Below, piece by piece: positions 1-10,500 of a DNA stretch of 64,000 nucleotides (positions are counted from its first letter, which is position 1; the number at the start of each line of letters is the position of its first letter). The stretch comes from a candidate division WOR-3 bacterium (GTDB taxonomy: Bacteria > Hydrothermota > Tepidihabitantia > Tepidihabitantales > Tepidihabitantaceae). Location: contig CBFGIT010000009.1 in assembly GCA_965648905.1 (NCBI GenBank), forward strand, positions 1 through 64,000. Direction: 5' to 3'. The translations under genes were made by a program, and so were the position numbers. The notes under the pieces are model-generated. The model was not told the origin of the DNA and ran no database searches. It saw nothing but the letters and a program-made list of their open reading frames with translations.

Positions 1-1
1 G

Positions 2-259
2 GCTCAGCCCAATCCGTTCAACCGGGCCACGACCATCAGGTATCAGACCGGGAGCGCAGGCCGAGTGCTCTTGCGGGTGTTTGATGCGTCGGGTCGGGTG
101 GTCAGGACGCTCGACAACAGCACCCGCAAGCCGGGCCGGTACACTGCGACCTGGGACGGAACCGACACAAGAGGCCGCAGAGTGGCCAACGGCATCTACT
201 TCTACCGGCTGGATGTGCCCGAGTTCCAGAGCGTGAAGAAAGCGGTGATGATGAGATAG
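2..259 (+). CDS. C-terminal fragment of a secreted protein with FlgD-Ig/T9SS-type CTD (5' truncated by window)
   Basis: Open frame from base 2: AQPNPFNRATTIRY...VFDASGRVVRTL...WDGTDTRGRRVANGIYFYRL...KKAVMMR*, a typical CTD pattern. Confidence 0.85.
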   Translation, partial: AQPNPFNRATTIRYQTGSAGRVLLRVFDASGRVVRTLDNSTRKPGRYTATWDGTDTRGRRVANGIYFYRLDVPEFQSVKKAVMMR

Positions 260-263
260 CCGG

Positions 264-305
264 CAGTAGACGGAAGACAGTGGACAGCATACAGGATACA
301 GGGCA
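264..305 (+). repeat. Six degenerate tandem heptamers (CAGnnnA)
   Basis: CAGTAGA CGGAAGA CAGTGGA CAGCATA CAGGATA CAGGGCA just after the stop codon; followed by a GGCGGCG/CGCCGCC hairpin (307-330). Confidence 0.7.
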
Positions 306-805
306 AGGCGGCGCGGCAGAACTCGCCGCCCTGTTCATGCTCGACGGGTCTGCGGCAGCGGAATCGGGCCGGCCCCTGACGGGAGTTGCCTCTGTGGCTT
401 GTGGCGCGGTTTGAAGGGCGGCTTGCCGAGCGGCCCCTGAAGCGGAGTGGTGAGCGACTTACGAAGCGACTTTGACTGCGTCCCTGAGAGCGCAGCGCCG
501 AGCCACAGGGAGAGCCAGAAGGACTGGGCCTCTGGTCGCGGCAAACACAGGGCCTCGGGCCACGCCGGCCTGAGCCGCGGCCAAAGCCGCAGGGAGAGTC
601 ACAAAGATAGTGCCGAAGGATGCGCAGGCGATAGCGCTTTCCTGAGTGACTTGGGGAACCGCTCCCTCTGGGGGTTCAGAATACCGGCCCGTTTTCGGCT
701 AACTCCGTGATACTTTGAGGGTTGAGTCTCGAAACCGGCCAAATCGCCATTATACAATTTTGCTAGGTGCCCTTGAGTCGCTGTCTGTAGTGTTGTCCGC
801 ACAGG

Positions 806-834
806 TTGCGCGGCCGTGGTCTGCCGGTTACACT
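806..834 (+). promoter_or_regulatory. Putative sigma70-type promoter, likely leaderless transcript
   Basis: TTGCGC-17bp-TACACT, 8 nt before ATG 843; no Shine-Dalgarno (SD). Confidence 0.5.
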
Positions 835-842
835 ATCACTTC

Positions 843-1733
843 ATGGAAAAGACCGCGTTCCTTCAGCCCGAGGTCGTGGCCCGGCTCAAGTCGATTGACC
901 TGAAGGCGCGGCTGGTGGTCGAAGGGTTTCTCGCCGGGCTTCACCGTTCACCGTACAAGGGGTTCTCGGTCGAGTTTACCGAACACCGCCAGTACATGCC
1001 GGGCGACGAGCTGAAGCGGGTCGACTGGAAGGTCTATGCCAAGACCGACCGGTTCTTCGTCCGCGAGTACGAGGAGGAAACAAACCTGCGCGCGTACCTT
1101 GTGCTCGATGCTTCGGGTTCGATGTCGTACACGACCGGCAAGGTAACCAAGCTGACCTATGCAACGCTGCTGGCCGCGAGTCTCTCCTACCTGCTGCTCC
1201 ACCAGAAGGATTCGGCCGGACTGGTCACGTTCTCGGACCGGATTGAGCAGTACGTGCCGCCGCGCAGCTCGCCCGCCCACCTGAACGTGCTGCTCAAACA
1301 ACTGGCGACGCTCAAGCCGGGCGGCGATACGAATGTTGCCGGGACACTGCATCAGTTGGCCGAACGCGTCCGCCGCCGGGGACTGGTTATCGTCATGTCG
1401 GACCTCTGGGACGAGTCCGCCGCGGTCCTCTCAGCGCTGCGTCACTTCCGGTATCGTAAGCACGAGGTACTCGTGTTCCACATCATGGACCCGAACGAGC
1501 GGGCTTTCGGGTTCCGAAACCCGGTCGTGCTCAAGGACATCGAGACCGGACAGGAGATGACCATTGACCCGCGTCTGATTCGGAACGAATACCAGCAGAG
1601 CTTCGACAGTCACTTCGGCAGGTTCGAACGCGGCTGCCAAGAGGCGTTGATTGACTACCACCGGATAACAACCGATACACCATTTGACCGGGCGTTGTTC
1701 TCGTACCTCGAACGAAGGAGCAGGCTCAAGTAG
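843..1733 (+). CDS. DUF58 domain protein (MoxR-associated, vWA-like)
   Basis: GLHRSPYKGFSVEFTEHRQYMPGDELKRVDWKVYAK and VLDASGSM motifs; ATG 843 preferred over GTG 816. Confidence 0.92.
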   Translation: MEKTAFLQPEVVARLKSIDLKARLVVEGFLAGLHRSPYKGFSVEFTEHRQYMPGDELKRVDWKVYAKTDRFFVREYEEETNLRAYLVLDASGSMSYTTGKVTKLTYATLLAASLSYLLLHQKDSAGLVTFSDRIEQYVPPRSSPAHLNVLLKQLATLKPGGDTNVAGTLHQLAERVRRRGLVIVMSDLWDESAAVLSALRHFRYRKHEVLVFHIMDPNERAFGFRNPVVLKDIETGQEMTIDPRLIRNEYQQSFDSHFGRFERGCQEALIDYHRITTDTPFDRALFSYLERRSRLK

Positions 1734-1764
1734 CAGTGAGAGAAGACAAGACCGGAGATTGGAC

Positions 1765-3657
1765 ATGGGCTTTGTAGCGCCAGGCCTGCTGTGGCTTGTC
1801 GGCCTGGCCGCGATACCGGTCGTGATTCACCTGCTCAGCCGGCTGAGGCTGCAGCGGGCACCGTTTCCTTCGCTCGCGCTGCTCGCAACCGTACGCCGCG
1901 AGCGGTTCTCGTGGCTGCGACTCAAGGAATTGCTCCTCTTGGCTTTCCGTACCCTGGCGCTCCTCGCTCTGCTGTTGGCCCTGGCGCGGCCGTTTCTCCG
2001 GCATCGGCTGAGCGGGTTGGGACGGGCCGCTGACCTGGTCATCGTTCTGGACGACTCGTACAGCATGGGCTACTCCGACCGATGGCAGAAGGCGCAGGCC
2101 GCAGCACGCGAGCTGCTCAAAGGACTTGGCTCAGGCCGACGTGCCATGGTGCTGCTCGCGTCCGAGTGGAACAGAACTGAGGAATTCCTGCCGGCCGGCA
2201 GACTCATCAGGCGGATTGACTCGCTTGCGCCCTCATTCTCAGCGGCAACGCTCGATTCGGTCATGAGTCGGGCCTTGCGCGAGGCACGGCCGACTCGCTC
2301 GGACGTGGTTCTAATAACCGACCTTCAGCAACACTCAGTTGGTGGTCTGATTCCGGTCGGCCGCGACAGCCTGAGCGCGACTTTCATCAACGTGGCTGAC
2401 GCCCGATTCGACAACGCGAGCGTGGTCCGGCTCTACCCGATCGACCGGTACCCGGCCGCAGGCCGGCCGGCCCGGCTGAAGGCAGACCTCAGGAACCACG
2501 GTCGCACCCCGGTCACGCGCACGCTTGTCTTGACTGTTGGTGCGCAGCAGGAAGAGAAAGTCGTCGAACTGAAGCCCCACGAGTTGACGACCGTGGAGTT
2601 TGAGACGACGTTACCGGACTCAGGCCCACAAACTGCCCGGGTCGAGTTGCGCACCGACTCGCTGGCTGCTGACAACGTGCGCTGGTTCGCCGCGGCACGG
2701 CCGCCAGGTTCTGACGTGCTCATCGTCGAGTCGCCCGCGGTCCCGGCACGCTACCTTGTTGACGCGCTCGGCCCGGACTCGGTCTCAGGACTACGCGTCA
2801 CGGTCATCGGCCTGGCCGCGCTCGGCCGGCACGAAACCCGCAAGTACGGTGTCGTCGTAGTAACCGACGCGGCAGCGCTTTCCCGGTCCGACCGGTCGAG
2901 GCTCGACTTCCACGTCCAGTCAGGCAGAGCGGCCCTGGTCATGGCCGGAACCGAGCCGCCGGACACCGCGACGATTCACGGCGCGACGTTCCGTGCCGGT
3001 ACGCAGGGATCAGGATTTGTCTCGGTCTCGGGCATCGACTCAGGCCATCCGATCCTGGAGCCGCTCCGTACTGCGGACCTGACCACGGCCCGCTTCTTCC
3101 GGCGCACGCGGGTCGACCTGCCGGGCGCCGGCGTGCTCGTGCGCGGTTCAGACAACACGCCGCTGGTAGCCGAGACCGATGACGGACGAATGGTCGTCTG
3201 GGCATTCGCGCCAGCGCCTGAGTTCACCGACCTTGTGTACAAGGCGGCCTTTGTGCCGCTGCTCCACCGCACCCTGCGCTACCTGCTCGCCGCACCGCTC
3301 AAGACCGAGTTCAACGTACAGGATACAATCCGAATCGGGGTTGATGGAAGCGGGCCTGCCCGCGCGTCGCACGCAGGTGGGCCGGTCGCGGTGAGCTGGC
3401 CCGGCGGCCAGACAAACATTGAACCGGTTATCACCCAGGGGCGCACGATGGCAGTCATCACCGACACGCGGCTGCCCGGGGTCTATGAAATCGGCTCACA
3501 CACCGTCGTGGTCAACATCGACCCGGCCGAAGGCGACCTGACCCAGGCCGGGGTCGAGGCCCGGCGCTTTGGTCAGCAGGCCGGCTCAGACCTTGTTCCG
3601 GTCCTGCTGCTCGTTGCTGCCTGCGCCTTGCTCGCTGAACTCCTGCTGCTGCTCTAG
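1765..3657 (+). CDS. BatA-like N-terminal domain / vWA membrane protein
   Basis: N-terminus MGFVAP..LAAIPVVIHLL..FPSL..LALARP; MIDAS-like VLDDSYSM and LITDLQ; C-terminal TM helix. Confidence 0.85.
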   Translation: MGFVAPGLLWLVGLAAIPVVIHLLSRLRLQRAPFPSLALLATVRRERFSWLRLKELLLLAFRTLALLALLLALARPFLRHRLSGLGRAADLVIVLDDSYSMGYSDRWQKAQAAARELLKGLGSGRRAMVLLASEWNRTEEFLPAGRLIRRIDSLAPSFSAATLDSVMSRALREARPTRSDVVLITDLQQHSVGGLIPVGRDSLSATFINVADARFDNASVVRLYPIDRYPAAGRPARLKADLRNHGRTPVTRTLVLTVGAQQEEKVVELKPHELTTVEFETTLPDSGPQTARVELRTDSLAADNVRWFAAARPPGSDVLIVESPAVPARYLVDALGPDSVSGLRVTVIGLAALGRHETRKYGVVVVTDAAALSRSDRSRLDFHVQSGRAALVMAGTEPPDTATIHGATFRAGTQGSGFVSVSGIDSGHPILEPLRTADLTTARFFRRTRVDLPGAGVLVRGSDNTPLVAETDDGRMVVWAFAPAPEFTDLVYKAAFVPLLHRTLRYLLAAPLKTEFNVQDTIRIGVDGSGPARASHAGGPVAVSWPGGQTNIEPVITQGRTMAVITDTRLPGVYEIGSHTVVVNIDPAEGDLTQAGVEARRFGQQAGSDLVPVLLLVAACALLAELLLLL

Positions 3658-3665
3658 AGCGGCAA

Positions 3666-4037
3666 TCAGGAGTGCAGCCCGGTATGGAGATACCGGACGT
3701 AGCGCCGGAAGATGGTCTCGTCTTCGAGAATCGCCACGCGCGAGATGATGACAAAGCCGGCCTCGGTATTCACCTTCAGACCATAGGCCTGGTGCCCGGG
3801 TTCGCGCACCGTGAAGCCGACTTCATAGACCTCCTCGGCCTTCTGATAGCCTCGGCCGGTCACGGTTTCCATGAACCAGGCCAGGTTATCAGCCACAGCC
3901 GCAAGAATCTGAATCGGCAACAACTGCGCGCGAATCGGTATCCGGATGACCTCGCCGCCGGTCGTGCGGGCGTCAATCACCTCAGCCCGGTCGGTGTCAA
4001 CCAGTTGGCGGAGCTGGCTCAGGGGCTGGAGTTCCAT
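3666..4037 (-). CDS. Hypothetical protein (123 aa)
   Basis: ATG start, protein-like composition, fills the gap between convergent genes; upstream TTGACA(4069-4074)-16bp-TAGAGT(4047-4052). Confidence 0.65.
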   Translation of the reverse strand: MELQPLSQLRQLVDTDRAEVIDARTTGGEVIRIPIRAQLLPIQILAAVADNLAWFMETVTGRGYQKAEEVYEVGFTVREPGHQAYGLKVNTEAGFVIISRVAILEDETIFRRYVRYLHTGLHS

Positions 4038-4142
4038 TGTGAAATCACTCTACCCCGGCTCGGGCTGGTGTCAAGAACCGCCGCTGCCCCTGGCACCGGT
4101 ATTGACGCCGGGCCTTTCGGCGGCTCGGACGGGCCTGTATCT

Positions 4143-5390
4143 TCAGTATTCTGCTCTCTGCCCGGCAAGATGGGCATAGACCAGGGCGTTGCTGAGCATT
4201 CGGGCGATGACGCAGTACTCATCCGGGTTGTGCGCGGTCCCGTCGTTGCAGCCCCAGACCACGGCCGGAATCCCCCGCCGCCGGAACAGAGCCGCAACTG
4301 TCCCGCCGCCGATGCCTCTTGTGTACGGCTCGCCCGGATACACCGCACGGATGGCAGCCGACAGCAACCTGACAACCGGTGCATCAACTGCGGTCGGCGG
4401 CGCAGCCGGAGCGAACTGCTCGGTTTCCAGTTTCACCTCGACCTTGAACTCAGCCGCCACCTCGTCGGCAATCCGGCGCATGTCGGCCAGCAGGTCATCG
4501 AGTTCGTACTGAGGCAACATCCGGCAGTCGAAGTAAAACACGTCCTCGCCCGGAATCGTATTGACATTGGGCACGTTGGCGAGCTTCTTGGTCGGCTCGA
4601 GCGTCGAGGACGGCGGCGAGAACAACCGGTCCTGAGCTGAGTACTTCTGGTGCAGACGCTCATCAATCCGCAAGAGCAGATGGGCGCCGGCACGGTGGGC
4701 ATTGGTGCCGTGATGCGGCGCTGAGGCATGTGCCTGATGCCCGCGGGTGGTGAACTTCACCCAGGCAATCGACTTCTCAGCGACCTCAAGCATCAGACCG
4801 GTCGAGTCCCCGGCGTCGGGAACGACAAGCAGGTCGTCTGGTCGGCACAGGACATGATTCTCCAGCAGCCAGTTGGCCCCATAGTCCGAGCCGGTCTCCT
4901 CATCGGCAACAAGCAGCAAGCAGAGGTCCATCTCCGGCACAAGGCCCAGGTCGACGAGCGCCCGGGCAGCGAACAACGAAGCAACCAGCTCCTGTTGATT
5001 GTCCTCGGTACCCCGGCCGAACACCTTGCCATTCTCGACCGTGGCGACGAATGGCTCATGGTGCCAGAGTTCGCGCGGCCCGGACGGCACCACGTCCATA
5101 TGGCTCATGATCCAGAGCGCCGGGTGGCGCCGTCTTCCTTCGAGACGCGCAACCAGGCTGGGCCGATACCCGCAGGGAACGCGGGTATCAGGCGCACGGA
5201 ACTCCTCAACCTGCAGGCCCCACGATTCAAGCACGGGACGCAGGAAATCAGCCCGAACCTGCTCTCCCTCGCCACCTGACACCGGGCTGATTGCAGGCCG
5301 CCGGACAAGCTCGGTCTGCATGGCGACCATCTCGGGCTCGAGCTCGCCAATCCGCTGCCTGATTCGGTCAAACGTAATGCTGTCCCACAT
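4143..5390 (-). CDS. M20 family metallo-hydrolase (ArgE/DapE-like)
   Basis: SHMDVVP, GRGTEDN, ADEETGS, AEK, HAS and AHNPDE motifs; AAGGAG SD. Confidence 0.92.
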   Translation of the reverse strand: MWDSITFDRIRQRIGELEPEMVAMQTELVRRPAISPVSGGEGEQVRADFLRPVLESWGLQVEEFRAPDTRVPCGYRPSLVARLEGRRRHPALWIMSHMDVVPSGPRELWHHEPFVATVENGKVFGRGTEDNQQELVASLFAARALVDLGLVPEMDLCLLLVADEETGSDYGANWLLENHVLCRPDDLLVVPDAGDSTGLMLEVAEKSIAWVKFTTRGHQAHASAPHHGTNAHRAGAHLLLRIDERLHQKYSAQDRLFSPPSSTLEPTKKLANVPNVNTIPGEDVFYFDCRMLPQYELDDLLADMRRIADEVAAEFKVEVKLETEQFAPAAPPTAVDAPVVRLLSAAIRAVYPGEPYTRGIGGGTVAALFRRRGIPAVVWGCNDGTAHNPDEYCVIARMLSNALVYAHLAGQRAEY

Positions 5391-5591
5391 TTGGGCTCCT
5401 TTCTGGCGACGGGCAGTGGGCGGAAATCATGCTCCAGCAGTATTGCGAACTTCGGGCCTCAGTCAAGCCATTCCGGAAATCCGAGACTGAACCACCAATG
5501 GTTTCATTCGACGCTCGGACGTCGACCTTCGAACTTTTCCAGGCGACCGCGGTGGCTGAGCCGATGTCGGTTCCAGGGTCATTGCGCGGTC

Positions 5592-5619
5592 TTGACCGGG
5601 GCGCATCCGGCAATATCAT
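5592..5619 (+). promoter_or_regulatory. Putative sigma70-type promoter, likely leaderless transcript
   Basis: TTGACC-16bp-TATCAT, 6 nt before ATG 5626. Confidence 0.55.
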
Positions 5620-5625
5620 TGGCTG

Positions 5626-6537
5626 ATGCTGGAACTGCTTCGTGCGGCCTTTGCCAATCTGCCGCTCAAAATCACGGCCGGGATTGTCGCGCTCGCGGTC
5701 TGGGCGTTCGCCGTGCTCGACCGGTCATACACCAGAACGTTGACCGTTCCCGTGGTTGTTGCTCAGGCCGGGGCGAAGCGGACCCTGCTTGACATCGATA
5801 CCACCGAGGCTCAGGTGACAATCCAGGCCAAAGGCAAGGACCTCCTGGGCGTGCACTTCCGCCAACTGGAGTTCAACATCCCCTTGACCGAGACCCGCAG
5901 CGGCACCCGTCAGGTGCGGCTCTCGGCCGACGACCTGAAGCTGCCGGCAAGCGTCGTGGTCCGGTCAATCAAGCCGGAGTTCATCGAGTTGCGACAAAGT
6001 GAAGCCGCAGGCAAACTGGTACCCATTCGTGTACCGACTACCGGACAGGCGGCCAGCGGACTGGCTGTGACCGTCAGGCCGCCCGAAATCCAGGCTCGGT
6101 TGTTCGGTTCGGCCGAGGAACTGAAGCTGGTCAATATCGTGGCGACCGAGACACTGAATATGGCAACCGTGGATCGACCAGGCGTGCGGCGGCTGGCAAT
6201 TACCCTGCCTGAAGGCCGGTTCACCGGGGTGGAGCCTGATTCGGTGGACGTGGCGATTGAGCTGGAGAAAGAAGGCGCCCGCATCTTTCTGGGTGTGCCG
6301 GTCAAGGTAACAGCTCCGACCGGACGCAGCGTTGAACTGGACCCCGAGGAGGCACAGATTGCTGTTGCCGGACCGGCCAGCAAGATTGACCGGCTAACCA
6401 AGTCGGACATCTCGGCCGAGGTGAAAGTATCAGGGCTGCCGCCAGGTGAGTATCGGCTGGCTGCCGAGATAACGCTGCCGCCCGATTTTCACATGGTGAA
6501 GTGCGAGCCGCAGTTCTTCGACGTGCTGGTCAAATAG
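5626..6537 (+). CDS. YbbR-like (CdaR family) protein
   Basis: N-terminal NLPLKITAGIVALAVW TM anchor followed by about three beta-rich repeats (VPVKV...PEEAQIAVAGP...). Confidence 0.8.
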   Translation: MLELLRAAFANLPLKITAGIVALAVWAFAVLDRSYTRTLTVPVVVAQAGAKRTLLDIDTTEAQVTIQAKGKDLLGVHFRQLEFNIPLTETRSGTRQVRLSADDLKLPASVVVRSIKPEFIELRQSEAAGKLVPIRVPTTGQAASGLAVTVRPPEIQARLFGSAEELKLVNIVATETLNMATVDRPGVRRLAITLPEGRFTGVEPDSVDVAIELEKEGARIFLGVPVKVTAPTGRSVELDPEEAQIAVAGPASKIDRLTKSDISAEVKVSGLPPGEYRLAAEITLPPDFHMVKCEPQFFDVLVK

Positions 6538-6558
6538 CCCCCGGGTCTTCGAGGCCCC

Positions 6559-7575
6559 ATGCTGATTCTCGGCATCGAAACTTCGTGCGACGAAACCGCT
6601 GCTGCGGTCGTTGCCGCGCCGGCCCGGGTTCTCGCCAACGTGGTATCGTCTCAGTATGTCCATGCCCGCTACGGTGGCGTGGTCCCGGAGCTGGCAGCCC
6701 GCGAACACATTCGGTTAGTCGTGCCGGTCACCAGCGCTGCCCTGGCCTTGGCCGGACAGCAGAAACACGACCTCGACCTTGTCGCCGTAACCTACACGCC
6801 CGGCTTGATGGGTGCGCTCTTGGTCGGACTGCCGTTTGCCAAGGCGCTTGCCCGCGGCCTGGGCATTCCATTCGTCGGCGTCAACCATCTCGAAGGCCAC
6901 ATCTTCGCAGTTCGGCTTGAGTATCCGGAGCTTAGGCCGCCTTTCCTCGCTGCGATTCTCTCCGGCGGTCACACCGAGATGGTCGTCACCGAGGACTGGT
7001 GTCGCTACCGCCTGCTTGGCGCGACTCTTGACGATGCCTGCGGCGAGGCGTTCGACAAAGTTGCCAAGCTGCTCGGGCTTGGGTATCCGGGTGGCGCAGC
7101 GCTCGAACAACTGGCCCGGGAAGGAAGCAGCTCAATCGACTTCCCGGTAGCAGAACCCGGCGGGCTTGACTTCAGCTTCTCGGGCTTGAAGACTGCGGTG
7201 CTCTACTACCTGCTGCGTAACAACCCTGGAGCGAATCGGGCCGACGTCGCGGCCTCGTTCCAGCGTGCCGCAGTTGCCGCAGTGGTCAAGCGTGTTGTCC
7301 AGGCAGTTGATCAGACCGGAATCAAGGTCGTGGGGGTATCAGGCGGAGTCGCGGCCAACGGTCATCTGCGTCAGCAACTGGCCGATGCCGCGCTTCAACG
7401 CGGATTCCGGCTGCTCTTCCCCAGACTCGAGTACTGCGTCGACAACGCCGCCATGGTCGCGGCCGCGGGATTCGAGCGCTACATCCGCTGGGGACCATCC
7501 GCTTGGACATTGGCTGCGGCAGCCCGCACTCCGCTCGAGCATACAGGCAATCGCAGCCACTCAATTGCAGGATAA
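6559..7575 (+). CDS. tsaD: tRNA N6-adenosine threonylcarbamoyltransferase
   Basis: ILGIETSCDETAAAVV, YGGVVPELAAR, HLEGH, SGGHT, DDACGEAFDK, FSFSGLKT, GGVAAN, DNAAM. Confidence 0.97.
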   Translation: MLILGIETSCDETAAAVVAAPARVLANVVSSQYVHARYGGVVPELAAREHIRLVVPVTSAALALAGQQKHDLDLVAVTYTPGLMGALLVGLPFAKALARGLGIPFVGVNHLEGHIFAVRLEYPELRPPFLAAILSGGHTEMVVTEDWCRYRLLGATLDDACGEAFDKVAKLLGLGYPGGAALEQLAREGSSSIDFPVAEPGGLDFSFSGLKTAVLYYLLRNNPGANRADVAASFQRAAVAAVVKRVVQAVDQTGIKVVGVSGGVAANGHLRQQLADAALQRGFRLLFPRLEYCVDNAAMVAAAGFERYIRWGPSAWTLAAAARTPLEHTGNRSHSIAG

Positions 7576-7587
7576 GGAGTTCAGCAT

Positions 7588-10500
7588 ATGACAACCGTCC
7601 TAACCCTCCTTCTTGCTCTCGCTCCACCGGCTCCGAGCATGAGTCTAGTCCGTATCCCTTTGAGCAACGCGGCACTGACCGCGCTTCGGACCACGGACGC
7701 CACCCCGGTCGTACTGCTCAATGATGCCGTCATCATCGAGGCGACCCGACCTGCACTTGATGCCCTGGCCCGCCAAGGCATAGTTTACCGCGTGCTGCTC
7801 GATGAAGAGGTCTATTCCCAGGCGCGGGCGAATGATATCTGCTACCTGGTCATCCCTCCACCCGGCGAGAAGTCCGAGGCCGACCGCGACTTGCTTGAAC
7901 GCCACGGCCGGATTCTCGCTGAGGATGAGTGCTCGTTTCTGTTCCTGACCGATTCCTTCTTTCTTCGGTCGCCGGCCAGCGCCCGCTACGAGCTGGCCGC
8001 AGTTGAGTTCACTCCCCTTGTTCTGCCCGGTGAGCTCGGCCTTGAGCCGCAACCGCGGCTGCCGCTCCTAGCCCGCCACTTCGTGGTTGACACGATCCTC
8101 GGCCGCATCACGATGACTGAGGTGATGCGCCTGATGCGCCAATTCACCGGTGAGGAAACAACCACGGTACGCGGTCTAGTCGACACAATCACCTCGCGCT
8201 GGACAATCGGCCGGAAGAATTCGTCCGCCGTCTGGTGGCTCTACGAGAAATGCCAGAACCTGGGGCTTGACTCAGTGCGGATGGACTCTTTCACGTTCCG
8301 GTACCCGAGTAACGGCCCGTACTATACCGACAGCAACGTCATTGCGACCCGACTCGGCCGAGTGTACCCGACCCGCTACTGGATTATCGGTGGACACCTC
8401 GACTCGCGCGGCGACTCCTCGGTGCAACAGCCGGACTTTCCGGCTCCGGGTGCAGACGACAACGCCAGCGGTGCAATCGCCGCCTTGATTGCGGCCAAGT
8501 ACATGCAGCCATTCCCCTTTCGCTACACGGTCCGCTACATCGGCTGGAACGCCGAAGAGCAGGGTCTGTACGGCAGCAACCGCCATGCTACCCGGGCCCG
8601 GGCGCGGTCCGACACCATCATGGGCGTGCTCAATGCCGATATGATCGCGACCGACACTGCCGGCTACGACTCAATCGTCATCTACCGTGGGACCCGGCCG
8701 GGCGCCATCGCCATGGCCGATACTTTCATTGCCTGCAACCGAGTCTACGGTACCGGTCTGAACATCCGGAGTTCATCACAGATGGTCGCGAACTCAGACC
8801 ACTATTCCTATCACGCCCAGAACTACGACGCTGTGCTTGTAATCGAGGACGGTTTGACACCCTATTACCATACCCGCAACGACCGGGTCACTGCACCGAC
8901 TTTCGACTCCGTTTACTTTGTCAAGGCGATAAGGGCGCTTGTCGCCACGATTGCGACCCTGGCTGAGCCCGATACGATGGTGTATGACATTGCGTTGAAT
9001 CGGATTGTCGCGCCGCTCGGCGATGTCGATTCCGGAGAGAGCGTTATGCCGGTCGCCGAAGTCGAGAACCTCGGCCCGACATCGGCAGCGTTCACAGTGA
9101 CTATGCGCATCGGCAGCAGCTACATCCAGACCCGGGGCAAGGTACTGGCACCCGGCCAGTCAGACACGGTTGGCTTTCCGGTCTGGACCGCACTGTTGCG
9201 GGGCAGACTGCCGGTTGTCTGTACGGTTGCCATGACTGGCGACGTCCGCCCCGAGAACAATAGAGTGACAGACTCGGTGAACGCGCTTGTGCGCGACGTC
9301 GGCTGCGCGCGGATTGTCAGGCCGGCAGCAACGGTCGATTCAGGAACGTCAGTTGTGCCGGCGTGCACGGTTCGAAACTACGGTAACACCACCGAGAGCT
9401 ACAGCGTCCGCATGAAGGTCGGCTCGACCTACGATCAGGCCGTGGCAGTCAATGGTCATGCCCCGGGCACCGCGGTCTACGTTACGTTCCCGACCTGGGA
9501 TATCCGCGTGCCGCGCGGCCGCTATGCCGTGTCCTGCACAACCGAACTAACGACGGACATGGTGCGCACGAACGACGGACAGAGCGATACCGTCACAGTT
9601 GAAATCGGGGACGCCGCAGTTGTCGCCATTGTCACGCCGGTCGAGACCATTCTGCCCGGACAAGTCGTGCCGCAGGCTATTCTGCACAACTACGGCACTA
9701 GGCGGCTGCCGGTCAGCGCGACCTTCACAATTGTGGGCGCAACACCGCCATACCAGACGACTGTCTTGTTGCCCAGTCTGCCTCCAGGCGATGACACCAC
9801 GGTCAGCTTCTCTCCCTGGAATGCGCGGCCCGGAACGTACGTTGCCCGCTGCTCAGTTCAGCAGACAGGCGATGTCGTGCCGGCCAACGACACAATCAGT
9901 ACCACTTTCGCAGTCAAATCGCTCGTAATCGCGGGCTGGGTAGAAAAACGTTCCCTGCCTCTGCTGCCATCTTCCAAGCATGTGAAAGACGGCGCCTGGC
10001 TGGTCAGCCATGGCAACTACGTCTACGCGGCCAAGGGCAACAAGACTTCGGACTTCTACCGGTATGACATCGAGAACGACACCTGGACCATGCTCGCCTC
10101 GATTCCAGACGGCCGTGAAGGCAGAAAGCCTGGCAAAGGCGCGGTCGGCGCCGCCGGTGGCAGTCATCTATACGCGGTCAAAGGCAATAACACCCAAGGG
10201 TTCTGGCGCTATTCCCCAAGCCAAGACTCTTGGCAACAGATGGCCGATATCCCACTCGGCAGAACCGGCAAGAAAGTCAAGGGCGGAACCGACATCGTCT
10301 ATGTCAGCAACCTGGGCCAGCACCCGGACCGGTTGTATCTCCTGAAAGGCGGCAAGAACGAGTTCTGGCGGTACGACATCGACCGCGACTCCTGGCGCGA
10401 AACATCTGAAGCCCCGATTGGCGCCAACGGCAGAGTGAAGTATGACAAGGGGTCGTGGCTGACCTATGCACCGGCCGGAACGGTTCCGGCTGAGTTCGGT

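Noticed and set aside
599..601. Selenocysteine or recoded TGA
   Set aside because: No redox-motif context or evident SECIS; TGA serves as a normal stop elsewhere in the window.
3672..4640. 322-aa plus-strand ORF
   Set aside because: Antisense to the M20 hydrolase and the 123-aa gene; no motifs; typical GC-rich shadow ORF.
5429..5626. 65-aa ORF where cdaA would be expected
   Set aside because: No DisA/DAC motifs (DGA, RHR); overlaps promoter-like boxes of both flanking genes.
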